Positions 23,797-36,976 of a stretch of 64,000 bases of DNA are shown here, one piece after another (position 1 is the first letter of the stretch; the number at the start of each line of letters is the position of its first letter). The stretch is taken from NCBI GenBank assembly GCA_054600435.1, contig BAAIJX010000001.1, forward strand, positions 930,001-994,000, in the 5' to 3' direction. The DNA comes from Neophaeotheca triangularis (lineage: Eukaryota). The notes under the pieces are model-generated. The model did not search any database. It saw only the letters and a list, made by a program, of their open reading frames with translations, and was not told the DNA's origin. A program made the position numbers and the translations under genes.

Positions 23797-25530
23797 TCAC
23801 CGCGTCTGCAGTTTCAGCTTCTCCATGAGCTTGCCAATCGTCACGCTCTCTTCCAAGTCCAGGAAACCATTGGGCTGCTGCTGGAAGAAGCTGAGCACGA
23901 CTTCCATGGCTCTGCGCGCTTCCTCCGGGCTCGTGAAGGTCTGAGTTCCTTGGCCGGCTGCGTTGGCCGTTTGGCTCTCGTGTTTGGCGTGTCGGATTGG
24001 TATCGGTGGTGGCCGCATAGTCTCCAAGGGCGTCACTGTGTTCGGTCTGTCGTCCGTGGCGCTCTGTTCGCGTATGTGGTCGTCGATGCTCGCGAGAGCG
24101 TCGAGGGCTTCTTCCATGGGGGAGTCGAGGACTGCCATGCTCTGGAATTTGGGTGTCGGGAGGTCGGTGTTCATGTATTCATTGTGAAGTGGGAAAGTCT
24201 GGCTCCGCGGTCGCTGGTTGTTTGATCCCGGTGTTGCTGGTAAGATTGGTCTGGCGGTCTGCGGTGGATTTGGTATGAAAGGACTGGGTGCAGTACCCGA
24301 ATCGGGCGTGAAGAATGGTGATGTCGGGCTCAGGGGTCCTGGTGAGAAAGACGACGGCGCAGTGTCCGCAAAGGCGCTGTTCAAGGAGTTGGTGCTTTGG
24401 GAATGGAAAGGCGCATGTCGGTTGCTAAACTCGACGAAACCATCCGGACTGTTCGTCTTGAGGCTATCCTGGCTTTGGGCACTGCGTAAATCAATCGGCG
24501 AGGGCGAGCGTAACTCATCCGGAGAGATGGGCGACGTATCGCCAGGGGTGTGCGCGGATGAAGCGACTGCCGATTCAGGCTCGGAATCGTTCGCGAGTGA
24601 GCCTTTTCGTGATCTTGCACCCATCAAATTGTTCTTCAACTTGAACTTCTCGATCCAAGTGGCACTGATTGTTGCGTGATCTTCCGGTCGGCTTGTCGTT
24701 GTCGCCGAGAACTTCCGCGCCTTGTCTCGTATAATGTCATCCGTCAATGGCATCCCTTTCTTCTCCTGCGCAAAGTCAGACGGTTTCTGCCATCGTCCGA
24801 TTGATCAACCTACGTGATTCTTGGCCCAAACAGCGAGGGCACGCTCAATGTCAGGCGAACGGCCTTTGGCTCGTTTGATCGGCGAACGACTTCCATCGTC
24901 CTGCAAGAGATACTTGTCCTTTTGCCGCAAGACCTTCGATACGGTACTTTTGATAGGCGTTAGTTTTACGTCCACCATTTCAAATAACATTCCCAATCTG
25001 CTCACCTTCTCTCAACTCCAAAGATAGCTAGTAAGGTATTAGAACGCTGATAGTAAAACGGACATGGATCGTATCTTACCTCCAATCTCAGTCTGCTTGC
25101 TGGTGGGGTGCTCTTCAGCATACTGACACATTCGTTTGCGATCATTGTCCGTCAGAGTCTTGCGCGGCGTTGAAGCTGATCGGTTCGAGGTTGCGGAGAC
25201 TGGCGTCTGATAGGGATTGACGGCCATGGGTTGCATCGTCTGGACAGGTGGCGGATAAGCTTGCTGGTAGGTCGAGTGGGATTGACTGCTGAGCATCGAG
25301 GGCCATTGCGGCATGATCAATGGCTGCAATTGAGCGTGCACTGGTCGTTGATGGATGCCACCGCCACTATTCACGAAGGGACCCGAGTCCATTGGTGGCG
25401 ATTGCGAGCCAAAGTGGAAGCCGCCGAATTCCTGCGCAGGCGTGCCATGGTGTGAGTGTGGGTAGATGTGTGTGGTCCAGGAATCGTGTTGCGAGGACTC
25501 GTAAACGACTCGGTCATCGTCGTCGGCCAT
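23797..25530 (-). CDS. CENP-B/Psq-type HTH DNA-binding protein (no DDE domain), 4 exons including a 22-nt microexon
   Basis: Exons 25530-25080, 25027-25006, 24946-24814, 24765-23797. They splice to RKTLTDNDRKRMCQYAEEHPTSKQTEIGAIFGVERSTVSKVLRQK...PDIERALAVWAKNHEKKGMPLTDDIIRDKARKF...WIEKFKLKNNL. Confidence 0.88.
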
Positions 25531-25533
25531 GGC

Positions 25534-25572
25534 GTCGAGTCGAGTCGAGTCGAGTCGAGTCGAGTCGAGTCG
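25534..25572. repeat. (GTCGA)7+ pentanucleotide tandem repeat immediately upstream of the HTH gene start codon
   Basis: gtcga x7 plus gtcg, ending 3 nt before the ATG on the minus strand. Confidence 0.95.
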
Positions 25573-28370
25573 TTGCTTTGGAGTGAGGCCTCAGGCGCGC
25601 GGCCCTAACGAGAACAATGGGATAGTATAAAGAAGTGTGTTTCCGTGACTAGCAGCAGCACATAGGCTGTGGCTCAACGCTTACGGCGGCACGGCAGCGC
25701 CTGTCCCGGTGCTGTTCCTACAGAAGCGAGCTGCAGCACTCGAGCAGGACGTGTGCGACGGCTGGCTGACGAGCCTGCTGCGTAAGAAGGAGCAGACATG
25801 CAGGCTGAAGAAGGGAGAAAAGGCGAGGCTTAGGGTTGTCTATCAGTGCTCGGACGGTGGAGGTCTGGGTTCGTGTGGAGAGAGGGAAGCCTGGGGTGGT
25901 GTATACAAAAGTTGCGGTCCGGCGCGCTGGAGAAGGTTGGAGGAACGGACAGTGCTGGACGACAGGGGGAGGGGGGTTTAGAGAGTAGTGTATGTAGATG
26001 GTATCTCATGCTCTTTTGGCGGGTACCTTGGCTGTGAGCTCATACATACCTAAGGTAGCATTGATAGCGTCGCCTTCTCTTTCCCGCTAACCTACCCTAC
26101 CCTACATAGTACATACCTCCTACTGCTGACAAGACCCATGACCTGCGACCCTCACTAACCACTGGGGCAGCGGGACCCTGCTGATGCCGGCATACTCGAT
26201 AGGGCACAGCAGAACAGCGCAAGTGTCCGAGGTAATTGGCGAACACCTCCACTGGCACGACGGAAAACGGGGAGATGCGCAGCAAGTTGCAACGTCCGGC
26301 GACTCGGTAAGGCGGTGGCGGTGGCATTAACCCGTTATTGTTATTGTTATTATTATCATTAATTTAATATTTCGAGGGTGGGACGGCCGGCGGTGCTGCG
26401 ACCGCTTCAAGGCCAGCGCATGAGACGAGTAGGGAGCGTTGGCGATCGTCGCGCATTACAGTACAGTAGCAGGTAGTAACGCCGTCGATCCCTCCCTCCC
26501 CCTACAGTCTGCACGACACTAGTAATTGACCAGTAGCTACTACTAGAAGATGTTGTATGTAGTTGCTAAGGTAAGGTAGTTGCTAAGGTAGTTAGCCTTC
26601 CAATTAAGTATTCTTGTTGTTTCCACTTCCGCATCTGATGCCCGAACGCTGCGTGTTGTTGTTGTTGTCTTAATATCACTCACTACTATACAATTACCTA
26701 GGCGAACAACGGTCCAATAACGCAGACAAGCTCACATTTACGCCTTCTATAGGCCAACGCGCAACCGAGTCGGCGCAAAAAGCACCTCATGCTGCATGCC
26801 GTGTTATTGCTATCTACACTCTCCGCAGTAGATACGATAGCTAGGTAAGAGCTGCGTTACCATGTAAACCAAGTCGATTCGACGGGCGGGCGGGCGGGCG
26901 ACGATGTATCGCAAAAAAGCGGCAGTCATGGAAGACGCGGGCCAGTACCTATAAAGTACTAGCAGGTGCACCCAAAGGCCACAGAAAAGGTCACATATGC
27001 AGTCTACTGCATGAGTGTGGGTGTAACCACCAACCACTTTCATTAACAAGTAACCAAACAGCCTAGTCGACTCCCGTCGTCCTTTGGGTCAAAAAAGAAA
27101 AAGCGCCAATCAAGACGTTGGAACGGTCGAAGCACCGCTGCTCGCCAGGCCTACTGCATCTATGATTTCAATAACATTATTATTTATTTACTTCACTAAA
27201 ATTACTAGTACTGCAAGTTCGAGCCATCCCACCCCTCGCCCTTCTGCCTTCTGCCCCTGAGCCGTTTCTTCACGAGACCCGGCCCGGCCGGAAGCTTTGC
27301 CCAACGGCCCAAACCTTCGACATCGACAATTCCTAGATACTGTACCACGTGGTAACTTACACAACGGTCCGCCGCCGCCTCGAGAAAGGAACATTGTTGC
27401 TCATGGACCATTCGATTCTCAAGCAATTATGTACGAGCTCACGTTGTTTCGTCGCTGCCCGAGCCGGTCTCCATGCTTTTCGCACGGAGAGATATACATA
27501 CCTATAGGTACCTACCTACTTCACGGCACGCGTCGACGAGAGCTCGCTCTAGCCTCCAAGCAGGCCCTCCCTGCCGCTTCCGTCCTTCAACAATATCCTC
27601 TCCGAATCAGCAGAACTCTGCTGTGTGACAAAGAGGTCGATTGCTCGTTGGGGCGGGGGCGGGAGAGGGTTGGGTTGCGAACTTTACATCCCGGTTTGTT
27701 TGGCAGCAAGATCAAGTCCTGGCTGCCGAATCCGACCAGCGACGAGGCTGACACTTTCTAGCCCAACCTACCAGTCGCGCGAAGGAGACGGCATGGCGTT
27801 ACGAGGGCGGTGTCTCGGATATTTGTTTCCAGCTTTAAACGTGCGGTTTCGCGATGCAGATGGGAGCGTTTGGCGCGGCAAAAATGGATCCAATATTCTT
27901 CGCCGCCTAAATTTCATCCCTACGACGCCACCTCGAGAAGGGCTGTGAGTCCGCGAGAAACTTTGGGGACGCCATTTGCCGTTTATCGTATCCGTGGCCG
28001 GGAGGCTGTGAGGCGCTAATGTCAGAAATTGCGAATTCTGTGTGTAGTGCGCAGAGAGCGAAGCAAAAAGAAGAAAGAAAAGGTAAGAGCGCAATCGTGA
28101 AGCCGAGGAACCTGTCAAAGCAGGTACCTTACGCTGAAGCTGCCGGTATTTGTTTCATCACCTTCGAGTCAGGGAAAAAAGCCGATGCAGGTCAGCCAGC
28201 AGAGGCACTGCATTGCAGGACAGTCACGTGAGGGCAAAGTCTCGACATCCCTTGGACGTTACGGCCAAAGCCGACGTACACACACATCTCATGCCTATTT
28301 GCAGGTCGTTGTGGACCCTACTTGTGACGTCTTCTGTAACCTGCTGAGTTATATGGACGGAGCAGCTCTT

Positions 28371-31229
28371 TTACCAGCCATGGCCCTGCTGGCCTTGCCC
28401 CTCCAACGGCGCGCTGAGCGGCAACTTCCTCGACGAGCTGCCCACATAAACCGTCTTGGCATAGTCCGAGACGATCCAATCCTGGGCCGCCGTGTCCCAG
28501 TTACTCAAGTCCCTCCTGGTGATATCGGCGTGGAAAGTCCTGCTCTCGCCGACGGGGATGCAAAGCTTGTCGAAATTGCGCAAGACAACCTTTGCGTCCT
28601 CTGGGCCGCCGAGGTTGACGTAGAGTTGAGCCACTTCGGCGCCCTCGCAGTCCCCCGTATTGGTCACCGTGGCTGAGACGCTGTAGAGGACGTCGTAGAG
28701 CTCGACGTTGCCGCCGGGTGCTTTCTGGCTGCCTGCTGCGAGACGTGGTTGCGGGCTGCCATCGTAGGCGCCGGCGGGGAAGTTGTAGTCGATGCCGTAG
28801 AGCGGGTCGCCGCTGGACTCGGAGAGCGAGGTGGTGTTGAGGTACGGGTAGATGTAGCCCTCGACTCTGTTGATTGAGTCCGGGAACAGGTAGTCGGAAG
28901 TCATGTTGCTGACCGTGCCGACCGTGGGCGCCGCGCGTGTCTGGCCGGTCGTTGGCTCGTATGGACGTGCGCTGCGGGCTTGCACGTTCAGATCAGAGTA
29001 TGAAAAGCTAGTGTAGGACAGCCCAAAGCCGAACTCGTAAATCGGGGTTTCGTTCTTTCTGTCAAAGGCGCGGTAATCGATGAAGATTCCCTCTTCAAAG
29101 TTGTCCTGCGGAGCAAGGATGCCGTTGTTGGGCTCATACAGTATGTCGGTGCCGTATGCCTCACGAGAGGCGCCCCATGTAAAAGGGGTCTTGCCACTCG
29201 GCTGCTCATGGCCATAAAGAATATCTGCGATAGAATTGCCACTCTCTTGGCCGGGGAGACCTGCCCAGATAATTGCGGTCACATTGGGGTTCTCGTAGAA
29301 GGAGTCGACAAGGACAGGTCCGACGCTGTGGATGACGACGACCGTGTTGGAGCATTCGCTGGTGACGTTTCGGATCAAGTCGTCGCCGTTGTGCCACAGG
29401 GTAAGATTGTTACGGTCCCCTTCATTTTCGTCGACTGTGATGTAGCTGTTGAAAGTCAGCGTGAGAAGCCACAAACTGAATCGCCTGAGCTTGAGACTTA
29501 CCCTTCGCCCGAATCGCTGTTCACAAACGCCAAGCAGACGCCACTATCAAGTTGGGACACGCGCCTGGCAAGCGCGGTTATCCTCGAGTAAGCGTAGTCA
29601 TCCGTAATAGCCTGGAATGTCTGGCCATTGGCATGTACTTCAGATTTGATGGCTTCGATCGGGGTGACGAGGTAGGGGAAATCAGCAGTACCAGAGCCCC
29701 ATCCCATGGCGAGTGTGCCCATATCACAGCCACGGTCCGCACAGCCGTTTGCGCCCCACGGGTTTTGCCCTGCATCAGAGCCAAAGACTGCCGTCAACTT
29801 CTCCTGTCCAGTGAGGGGAAGAGCACCGGTGTTCTTAAGAAGCACAGTGCCAGCGGCAGCTTGCTTCCGGATGTTAAGAGCATGGTAGCCACGCACATCA
29901 ACATGAGAGTTGATCTGCTGGTAGTTCTCCTTTGCATAGTAATGTTCGAAGCCAAAAGTATCGGTAGTCCAGGAGCTGAAGTTTGGTCCACCTTCGACCT
30001 GGTGTCCGGGCCGGTCGACGTAGTACCAGGCAGCAGCGATACGGACACACATGTCGTCGAGTCTCCATTGGGGGACTGTGCCATTCAAGACCGAGATAGT
30101 CAAGTTCGTGCCCCAGAAGGCATCGCCGCTGTTGAATGCAGTATCACCTGGGGCAGCCTGTTCGCAGTTAGATCAATCTTGCGATCCGGACGTCTTCTTC
30201 GCAACTCACCATGTCAAGTCCAGCGAGGGCGCTGCTAACGCCTGAGTGTTGGGCGCCCCAGTCACTGTCACGCTGTCAGTCTTGTCATGATAAAAAGTCA
30301 TATTAGCGAGCCCTATAGGGGAACGGCATACCTGACAATGAAGCCCTGGAAACCGAGTTCGTTCTTAAGCAAGTAGTTCTGAGTGTACGAGTTTTGGCAC
30401 GCATAGCTGTTGTTGATCTGGTTGTAACTGCACATGACGCTTGCAGTGCCCGCACGAACGGCGTCCGCAAAAGGCCATAGGTAGAGCTCGTGCATAGTCG
30501 TGTCATCCAAGTTGGAACTGATCGCTGCAGTCAGATTGCCACCGCCTTGCCGGAAGTGTTCTTGCTCGTTGAGGATGTAATGCTTGGTGCAGGCCATGAT
30601 TCCAGCGTCTTGCATGCCCTTGATGGTTCCTTCGACGGCAATTCCAGTGAGCACTGGATCGGGCGAGAATCCCTCCTTGGTACTTTGTTAGCTGTGGTCT
30701 AAGCTCAAGGGACAGCTCGTCAACTAACCCAGTTGCGACCCCCTTCAGGCGACCTGCCAAGTGGGCCTATCGCTGGTCCCAGCTGGACATCGACGCCCTT
30801 GTCCCTATGCTCAGAACCCATGTCGTAGCCTCTCTGGTAGAAGAGTGCCCGGTCCCAGGTGGCGGCAATGGTGCCACCTGCAGGAAATGCCGAGACGAAA
30901 TCAGCATACCTCACGCCCAAGGGCGAATCCTGCAAGCACAAAGCTTTGAAACCAAGTCGAGGGATAGCCCCCGTGTTTGCCACGCATTTGTCGGATTGCC
31001 AACCGGTACCGGTCGTGAGATTGACTTTTTCGGTGAGCGTGAGGTTTGACACAAAGTCGATTGCTTGTTGGTAAGCCTGCTGCCAGTCACCTAGGCCTTC
31101 AGTCCAAGGAGAGGGGTATTCTGGCGGGGAGGTTGCGTTTGCGAGATTCGGACCATTGAAGGTATTGTTGGATTGGCCGAGCGCCAGGGGCAGCGCTGCG
31201 AGCAGGCCTGCCCGGCTGAGTAGACCCAT
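28371..31229 (-). CDS. bglA: Secreted glycoside hydrolase family 3 beta-glucosidase (BglA/Bgl1 type), multi-exon
   Basis: Signal peptide [18 protein letters not shown]. Motifs [68 protein letters not shown] (catalytic nucleophile across an intron), [17 protein letters not shown] and a C-terminal FnIII-like domain. Five introns. Confidence 0.95.
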
Positions 31230-32369
31230 GTTAAGCAGACAAAGAGACGCCCTTTTGATACCAAGGACCAAGGTACGTTGGGACTATGAGAGACTGAAGA
31301 TCACAAAAGGATTCGGTAGAGGCGGGAAGGGCCTCTACTTGTACTTTACACTCCTCCATGACGTCCTGACACAATCACAACAACCAAACGTGGAAGTTTG
31401 TATGATTTCGAGGCCGTTTGCCGAAGAGAGTTCAGTGTGCCCTTACAACCCGCGCATCCCGCCCTCTCTCTGTTGATCAATTCCGAAGCTAGTAATGTCC
31501 CGTCGTTGTCTATTAGTATTACGTTGCGTGCCTGGCGGACAAGCACGGCAAGGTGGACCAGCCTGAGCTTATACGTGCTTATCGGACCAAGTAAGCGTAG
31601 CAAGCTCGCGCTATCATTGGTTCGATGAGGCATAGTGGTGGTATATATGGTAGTAGGAGGTACTACAGTACTATAGGTACTACTAGTAGTAATGTATACA
31701 GTAGACTGCAGGTGGTGAAGAGCGGAGTGGAGGCCCCGTGTCTCCATGTGGGCATTCGAGGCATTCTGCGGGGCTCCGTCTCCAATGTCCATGGTCCGAG
31801 CTGGGCTGGCGGTGGTTATACGAGACGGGCGCTCTTACCAGACTGCCTTGAACATGAGGTGGTGAGGTGGAGATGCTGCCGTCTTATTACTTCCTTCGAA
31901 GAATCATCTGAGGCCAGCCAGCTTGTTGCATCCATGTATGCTGGAGACGACTCGTGACTACTTCTTGCACCGTAAAGCAGCACTCAAATTGCTCTAGACA
32001 ACAGCGACCACGATCGAGTAGCGCTAGATGATAGGCTTTCTATAAGCCCTTCATCTCCCCACCACGGGCCGTGCAGAAACCATGCTCTGGTGTGAGCTAG
32101 TAGGTACTCTGTCTGTGGATGAAGAAGCCGCCGAGAGGTGGTCGTCGTCGTCACACTACTGTCGGGCTAATGTGCTCCGAAAGAAAAACAGGCTCAAAGT
32201 GGACATCGCCATCAGACGAAAAGGTTACATACTGTTGCGGCGTTGAGAGGGCTAGCCTCGTATGGCCCAGCTTCGAAAGTTGTTTAATTTCTACGGTATC
32301 GTATCGGTAATTGACAACGGATAGCGTCACGGCTTTGTATTAAATGCCTAGCACGTCGATCGCATCACA

Positions 32370-33287
32370 TCAGCTTGCAGACTGTACTTCATCCGCCAGT
32401 CTAGCTTCTTTCTCCTTCGCCGCCTTGGCCGCACGCTCTTGCCGCTCGCTGAACCGATCAGAGAAGAGATCAAAGTGCCCACGCATCACAATAGTGTATT
32501 TCACCAACTCCTCCATGCAGTCTACAAGTCGGTCCCGGTTTCCACTGGGCATCATCCTACTACCCCCTTCAGCAGCATCCGGTTCGGTAAACTGTTTGAA
32601 AGCTTGCGGTACCGAGCTTTGGTTTGGAATGGCGAACATCCTCATCCATCGACCGAGCATGCGAAGCGTGTTGACCGTATTGAATGACTGCGAGCCACCT
32701 GACACTTGAGCGATGGCGAGCGTGCGACCTTGCGTAGGCCGTACACTACCAGTACTCAGAGGAATCCAGTCGATTTGATTCTTGAAAACCCCCGTCACCT
32801 GACCATGCTGCTCCGGCGAAATCCAAACGTGACCATCGCTCCATCGGCTGAGATTTCGCAGCTCTTGGACTTTGGAGTGGTCATGCTGGGCGTCGTCTTT
32901 GACTGGTAAACCACTGGGATCGTATACTTGGACATCGCAGCCGAGCCGCCAGAGGATCCTAGAGGCTTCAAAAGCAAGCAACCTTGAGTAGGAGCGTGAG
33001 CGCAGGCTGCCGTACAGGACGAGTATCTTGAGTCGCTCGCCCCCTGTGGTGTTGAGGTCGGTTTCTGCCATCTTCGTGGCCGTCGATAGCTCCAGCTTGG
33101 ACACCCAATCATCTCGAGCAACGCTTTCTGGAAGGAGAAAGGGTCGATGTGTGCTCCGTACAACTTGCTCGTCGTCCGATTCAGATATTGCTAGGCTTCG
33201 GTGGGCGTAGTCGGACTCTGGCGCCAGCGTCTTTGTCTTTCGCATGGCGCCCACATTGTTCAGGTCGCCGTTGGCACTGGGAGCCAT
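32370..33287 (-). CDS. arsH: Arsenic resistance protein ArsH (NADPH-dependent FMN reductase family)
   Basis: Intronless. Motifs [83 protein letters not shown]. Confidence 0.95.
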   Translation of the reverse strand: MAPSANGDLNNVGAMRKTKTLAPESDYAHRSLAISESDDEQVVRSTHRPFLLPESVARDDWVSKLELSTATKMAETDLNTTGGERLKILVLYGSLRSRSYSRLLAFEASRILWRLGCDVQVYDPSGLPVKDDAQHDHSKVQELRNLSRWSDGHVWISPEQHGQVTGVFKNQIDWIPLSTGSVRPTQGRTLAIAQVSGGSQSFNTVNTLRMLGRWMRMFAIPNQSSVPQAFKQFTEPDAAEGGSRMMPSGNRDRLVDCMEELVKYTIVMRGHFDLFSDRFSERQERAAKAAKEKEARLADEVQSAS

Positions 33288-34088
33288 GGTTATATAGGGA
33301 TCTCTGCTGCGCTTAATCGAACGAGGCAAGATGAATCGACAACGTCCAAGCACATTCATCTGAAAGACTATTAGAAAGCTGCTTGGTGCAGAGGGATGAA
33401 TGTAAAGAATTCTGTTTCAAGGTCGTTGACGGCAATGGAAATACGTTTGTTCCGCGTGGGATACCTCCCAATAATGCTTGATGGCTCGATTTCCCAAGCC
33501 GCACCAAGGGATAGTCAATTTACCGGTACGACTCGAGTGACATGTATGCGGAAGGCATCTCTATCTCATCAGTACCAGTACCTAGTCTCAGAGTGCCAGT
33601 CTGCCGCCACGTGAGGCATAATGCCACGAGCAGGGCAGGCAGGGTAATTCGAGAATGTCACTGCCAAGCGAGCGCAAGTGACATGCTCCGACATGGCGAT
33701 ACCACGTGCTGGTTCCCTCGTCTTCTACTCGCTGCCATTCCGGTGACATTATTATTACTACTATCTGCCATCACGAAAGAGAGGGAATCGTTACGGCTGC
33801 TTTCCGCTCCTGAAAAGGTTGACATGTCGCTGGCACGCTGCCAATGCTCCCGGCTGAGCAGCATGTCTTCGCTCCTCTCTGATTGGTCGCTTTGCTTTAA
33901 TCGCCACACGACATTCGTACACTTTATGCGTGCAACAAATATGGTTCAAAAGTGGCCATCCAGCATAGGATTGCTGACGATTCATAAAGATGTGACGCTG
34001 TGTTCTGTCCTGGACGAGGCGTGCCCTTTGCAACCTCAAAATCAGCTGAGCCGACAACGTCCAGCGCGCCAAGAAATCTCTGAGCAAC

Positions 34089-35363
34089 ATGGCACTCGAT
34101 CCTCGAACGTCGTCCCGTCTCGAGACTGCCGAGTCGTACCCTGAATGGGAGGCGAAGGAGGGCAAAGCCGCTCCAATACCAGGTTGGACCCAAGATCTCG
34201 AACGGCAGTCAGAACGAAGCGACTCGAACGAAAAGGCCGACGACGAAGACGACGACGAGCCATCAACATCTGCATGGAAAGGACTCGGCTGGCTCGACCG
34301 CCTACTGGCACTCTGGATCCTCCTGGCCATCATCGTCGGCATGGTGCTAGGAGCCTTTGTCCCGGGCATCCACGACGCCCTCGAGCAAAGCACCTTCGCA
34401 TCCGTATCGGTGCCCATCGCTTTAGGTCTCATCATCATGATGTACCCGATCCTGTGCAAAGTCAAGTTCGAGACGTTGCATCTGGCCTTTCGCACCAAGC
34501 AGTTGTGGAAACAGATTGGGTTCAGCATCGTAGTTAACTGGATAATCGCGCCGCTTTTTATGCTGGCTTTGGCGTGGGCGTTTCTGCCTGATCGACCGGA
34601 GCTGCGCGAAGGCTTGATCCTGGTGGGAGTTGCGAGGTGTATCGCCATGGTACGTGACTTCGAGTCAGCTTGAGACAAGACATGGGTTTGCTGACAACAG
34701 TAGGTGCTCATCTGGACCGGACTGGCAGGTGGTGATAACCAATACTGCGCCATCCTCGTAGCCATCAATTCCCTCTTGCAGCTCGTCCTCTTCGCTCCCC
34801 TGGCCATCCTCTTCATCAACGTCATCAGCGGAGCCGGATCGTCGCAAGTCTCGCCCTCGTATTCTCTCGTGGCAACCAGCGTTGCAGCGTTCTTGGGAAT
34901 ACCACTGGGAGCCGCCGTAATCACCCGCTTCATACTACGCAAGCTGGCCGGTCCAGATTTCTACGACAACAAATTCGTCAAGTGGATCTCCCCATTCTCC
35001 CTGCTGGCCTTGCTATACACCATCATAGTCCTTTTTGCCTCCCAGGGCTCCCGAGTCGTGGACCAGATCGTTGACGTCGTCCGTGTCGCCGCTCCGCTGA
35101 TCGTCTACTTCGCCGGAATTTTCGCCATCACGTTATTCGTCACGCATAAGCTTGGTTTTGGCTACAAGCTCTCCGCGACACAAAGCTTCACGGCTGCGAG
35201 CAATAACTTCGAACTCGCCATCGCGGTTGCTGTAGCTACCTATGGTGCTGAGAGCAACCAGGCACTAGCTGCCACCGTGGGCCCGTTGATCGAAGTTCCC
35301 GTTCTACTCGGCCTAGTTTACGTTGTTAAATGGTTTGGAAAGAGGAGGGGTTGGAAAGCGTGA
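34089..35363 (+). CDS. ACR3: Arsenite efflux transporter Acr3, 2 exons
   Basis: Intron 34650-34703. Motifs LDRLLALWILLA, GLIIMMYPILCKV, NWIIAPLFM, ARCIAM/VLIW, SFTAASNNFELAIAVA, GPLIEVPVL. Confidence 0.95.
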
Positions 35364-36976
35364 AGCCGTCACAGGGCTGCTATCATCCATACCAAGTAGC
35401 ACCGCTGGACCCACCTCACACTGGGCTGGACCGAATGTACGAACTCGCTGGCCCTGCTTCCTGGAGTCTGCCATCGAAGCCTTTGCCGCGCGTTGGTACA
35501 CTGTTGAAGACCCGACTGAACAGCTGCTCGACGGGCTGCAAGCGCCTCGCTTGGAACCTTTCGCACTTAATCGGGACGACATCAAGGTGTTTGAAGTTCA
35601 GCCTGCCTCTTCGACCGTCGCCATCCACAGCCACCTGCCATGCCGCACTCAAGTCGTTGCAGATGCACTGCAGCACGAGCGCACAGCCATCGACAGAACT
35701 TCCACGGCTTCGAACGATAAGCCTGCCGTTGCGTTGTTTGACACGCCCTGAGCGCGTGGACTAGCCGGGAGACGAATTGACCGACGGATTGGCCGATGGG
35801 AGGGTCGAGTATCATACCCTCTGTGAAACGAGGGATGCAAGCAGTGAAGGTGGTCATGGTGAGGCCTGAAGGCTGTCTCTGTTCAATGGATTGGCAGGGG
35901 AGGAACGTTTAAGAGTAGTCCAGCGATGTGTAATCGGCTCCTTTCCTCTTCTCTCAGTGTGCCTTGCTTGTAGTGTGTCGTGTCCCGGTATTTTGTCTCT
36001 ATGAGCGCGATTTCCAAGACTCAGAAAAACGAACACTTCATCAAGCGCCCATGCAGCCAAAATCACGCCTGAATAATCCCCAAACAACTCCAAACCCAAA
36101 CCCCACCCAATACCGACATTCATCCAAATCGACCAACCATGCATCGAACCACGCATCATGCGTAGAAAAGTACTAGCACAGTAAGGTAGGCAGTGGGACC
36201 AAACAGCCAGCCCAAACCCTTACCCTCCCACTCGACCCCTCCCCTCCCAGGCTCCCACCCAAGCCGTCCCGGTCCTCGCTCGGCATCGCAAGCGTCGCCC
36301 TGTGCTAGGGCGAAAGCGGCCAACCGCTAGCGCCGAATGACGAGAACCCCTCGTTTGTCTGGTAAGGATGGGTGGTGGCGTCTAATGCCCAACCACCTGT
36401 GATACTATACTTGGGTAGCAAGTAGGACCGGCTGATAAGTGCCTGCAGAGGAGAGAGAGAGAGAGGGAGAGAGAGCAGAGCAGTCAGGGCGGCCAGGGGG
36501 GGGAGCCAGGACAATGTGCCCTGGGCTGTTGCGAGATGTAACTGTCGGTGGAGATACCGTATACGATAGATGCCAGGCAGGACTCGAGCAAGTGAGTAAG
36601 GTACCGCATGGAGAGAGTCAAGCGCCCTTGGATAGTCAAGCAAAAGGATGGCGTTAACAGGACACGCTTTCGTCATCGTTGCCGAGTATAGCTACCTTAG
36701 CTACCGTACAATTTGCCATCCTGGGCGAATGACACACTGGCCTTGTAAATTAACGCGCGACCGCGACAAAAACGAACTACCCGACGTGTTTTTGAAAAAA
36801 AAAAAAAAGGCCGCCAAGAGGGTATATCCTGTTCCCGAGGAACCGAAACAAAGAAAGAGAACGCCCACCACGCCATCGCTAACCCAGAGAAGAGAAGCCC
36901 AACCAGGAAACTCGAACGTGAAAGAGCGTCGGTTGAGCACACATCCCATTCCCACCCACCCTTTAGTTCAAAGCGC

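Noticed and set aside
23797..25530. Active pogo/Tc5 transposon
   Set aside because: No DDE domain, terminal inverted repeats or target-site duplication; it has a spliced host-gene structure
33791..34942. 383-aa minus-strand ORF
   Set aside because: Antisense to ACR3, crosses its intron and has no protein-like motifs
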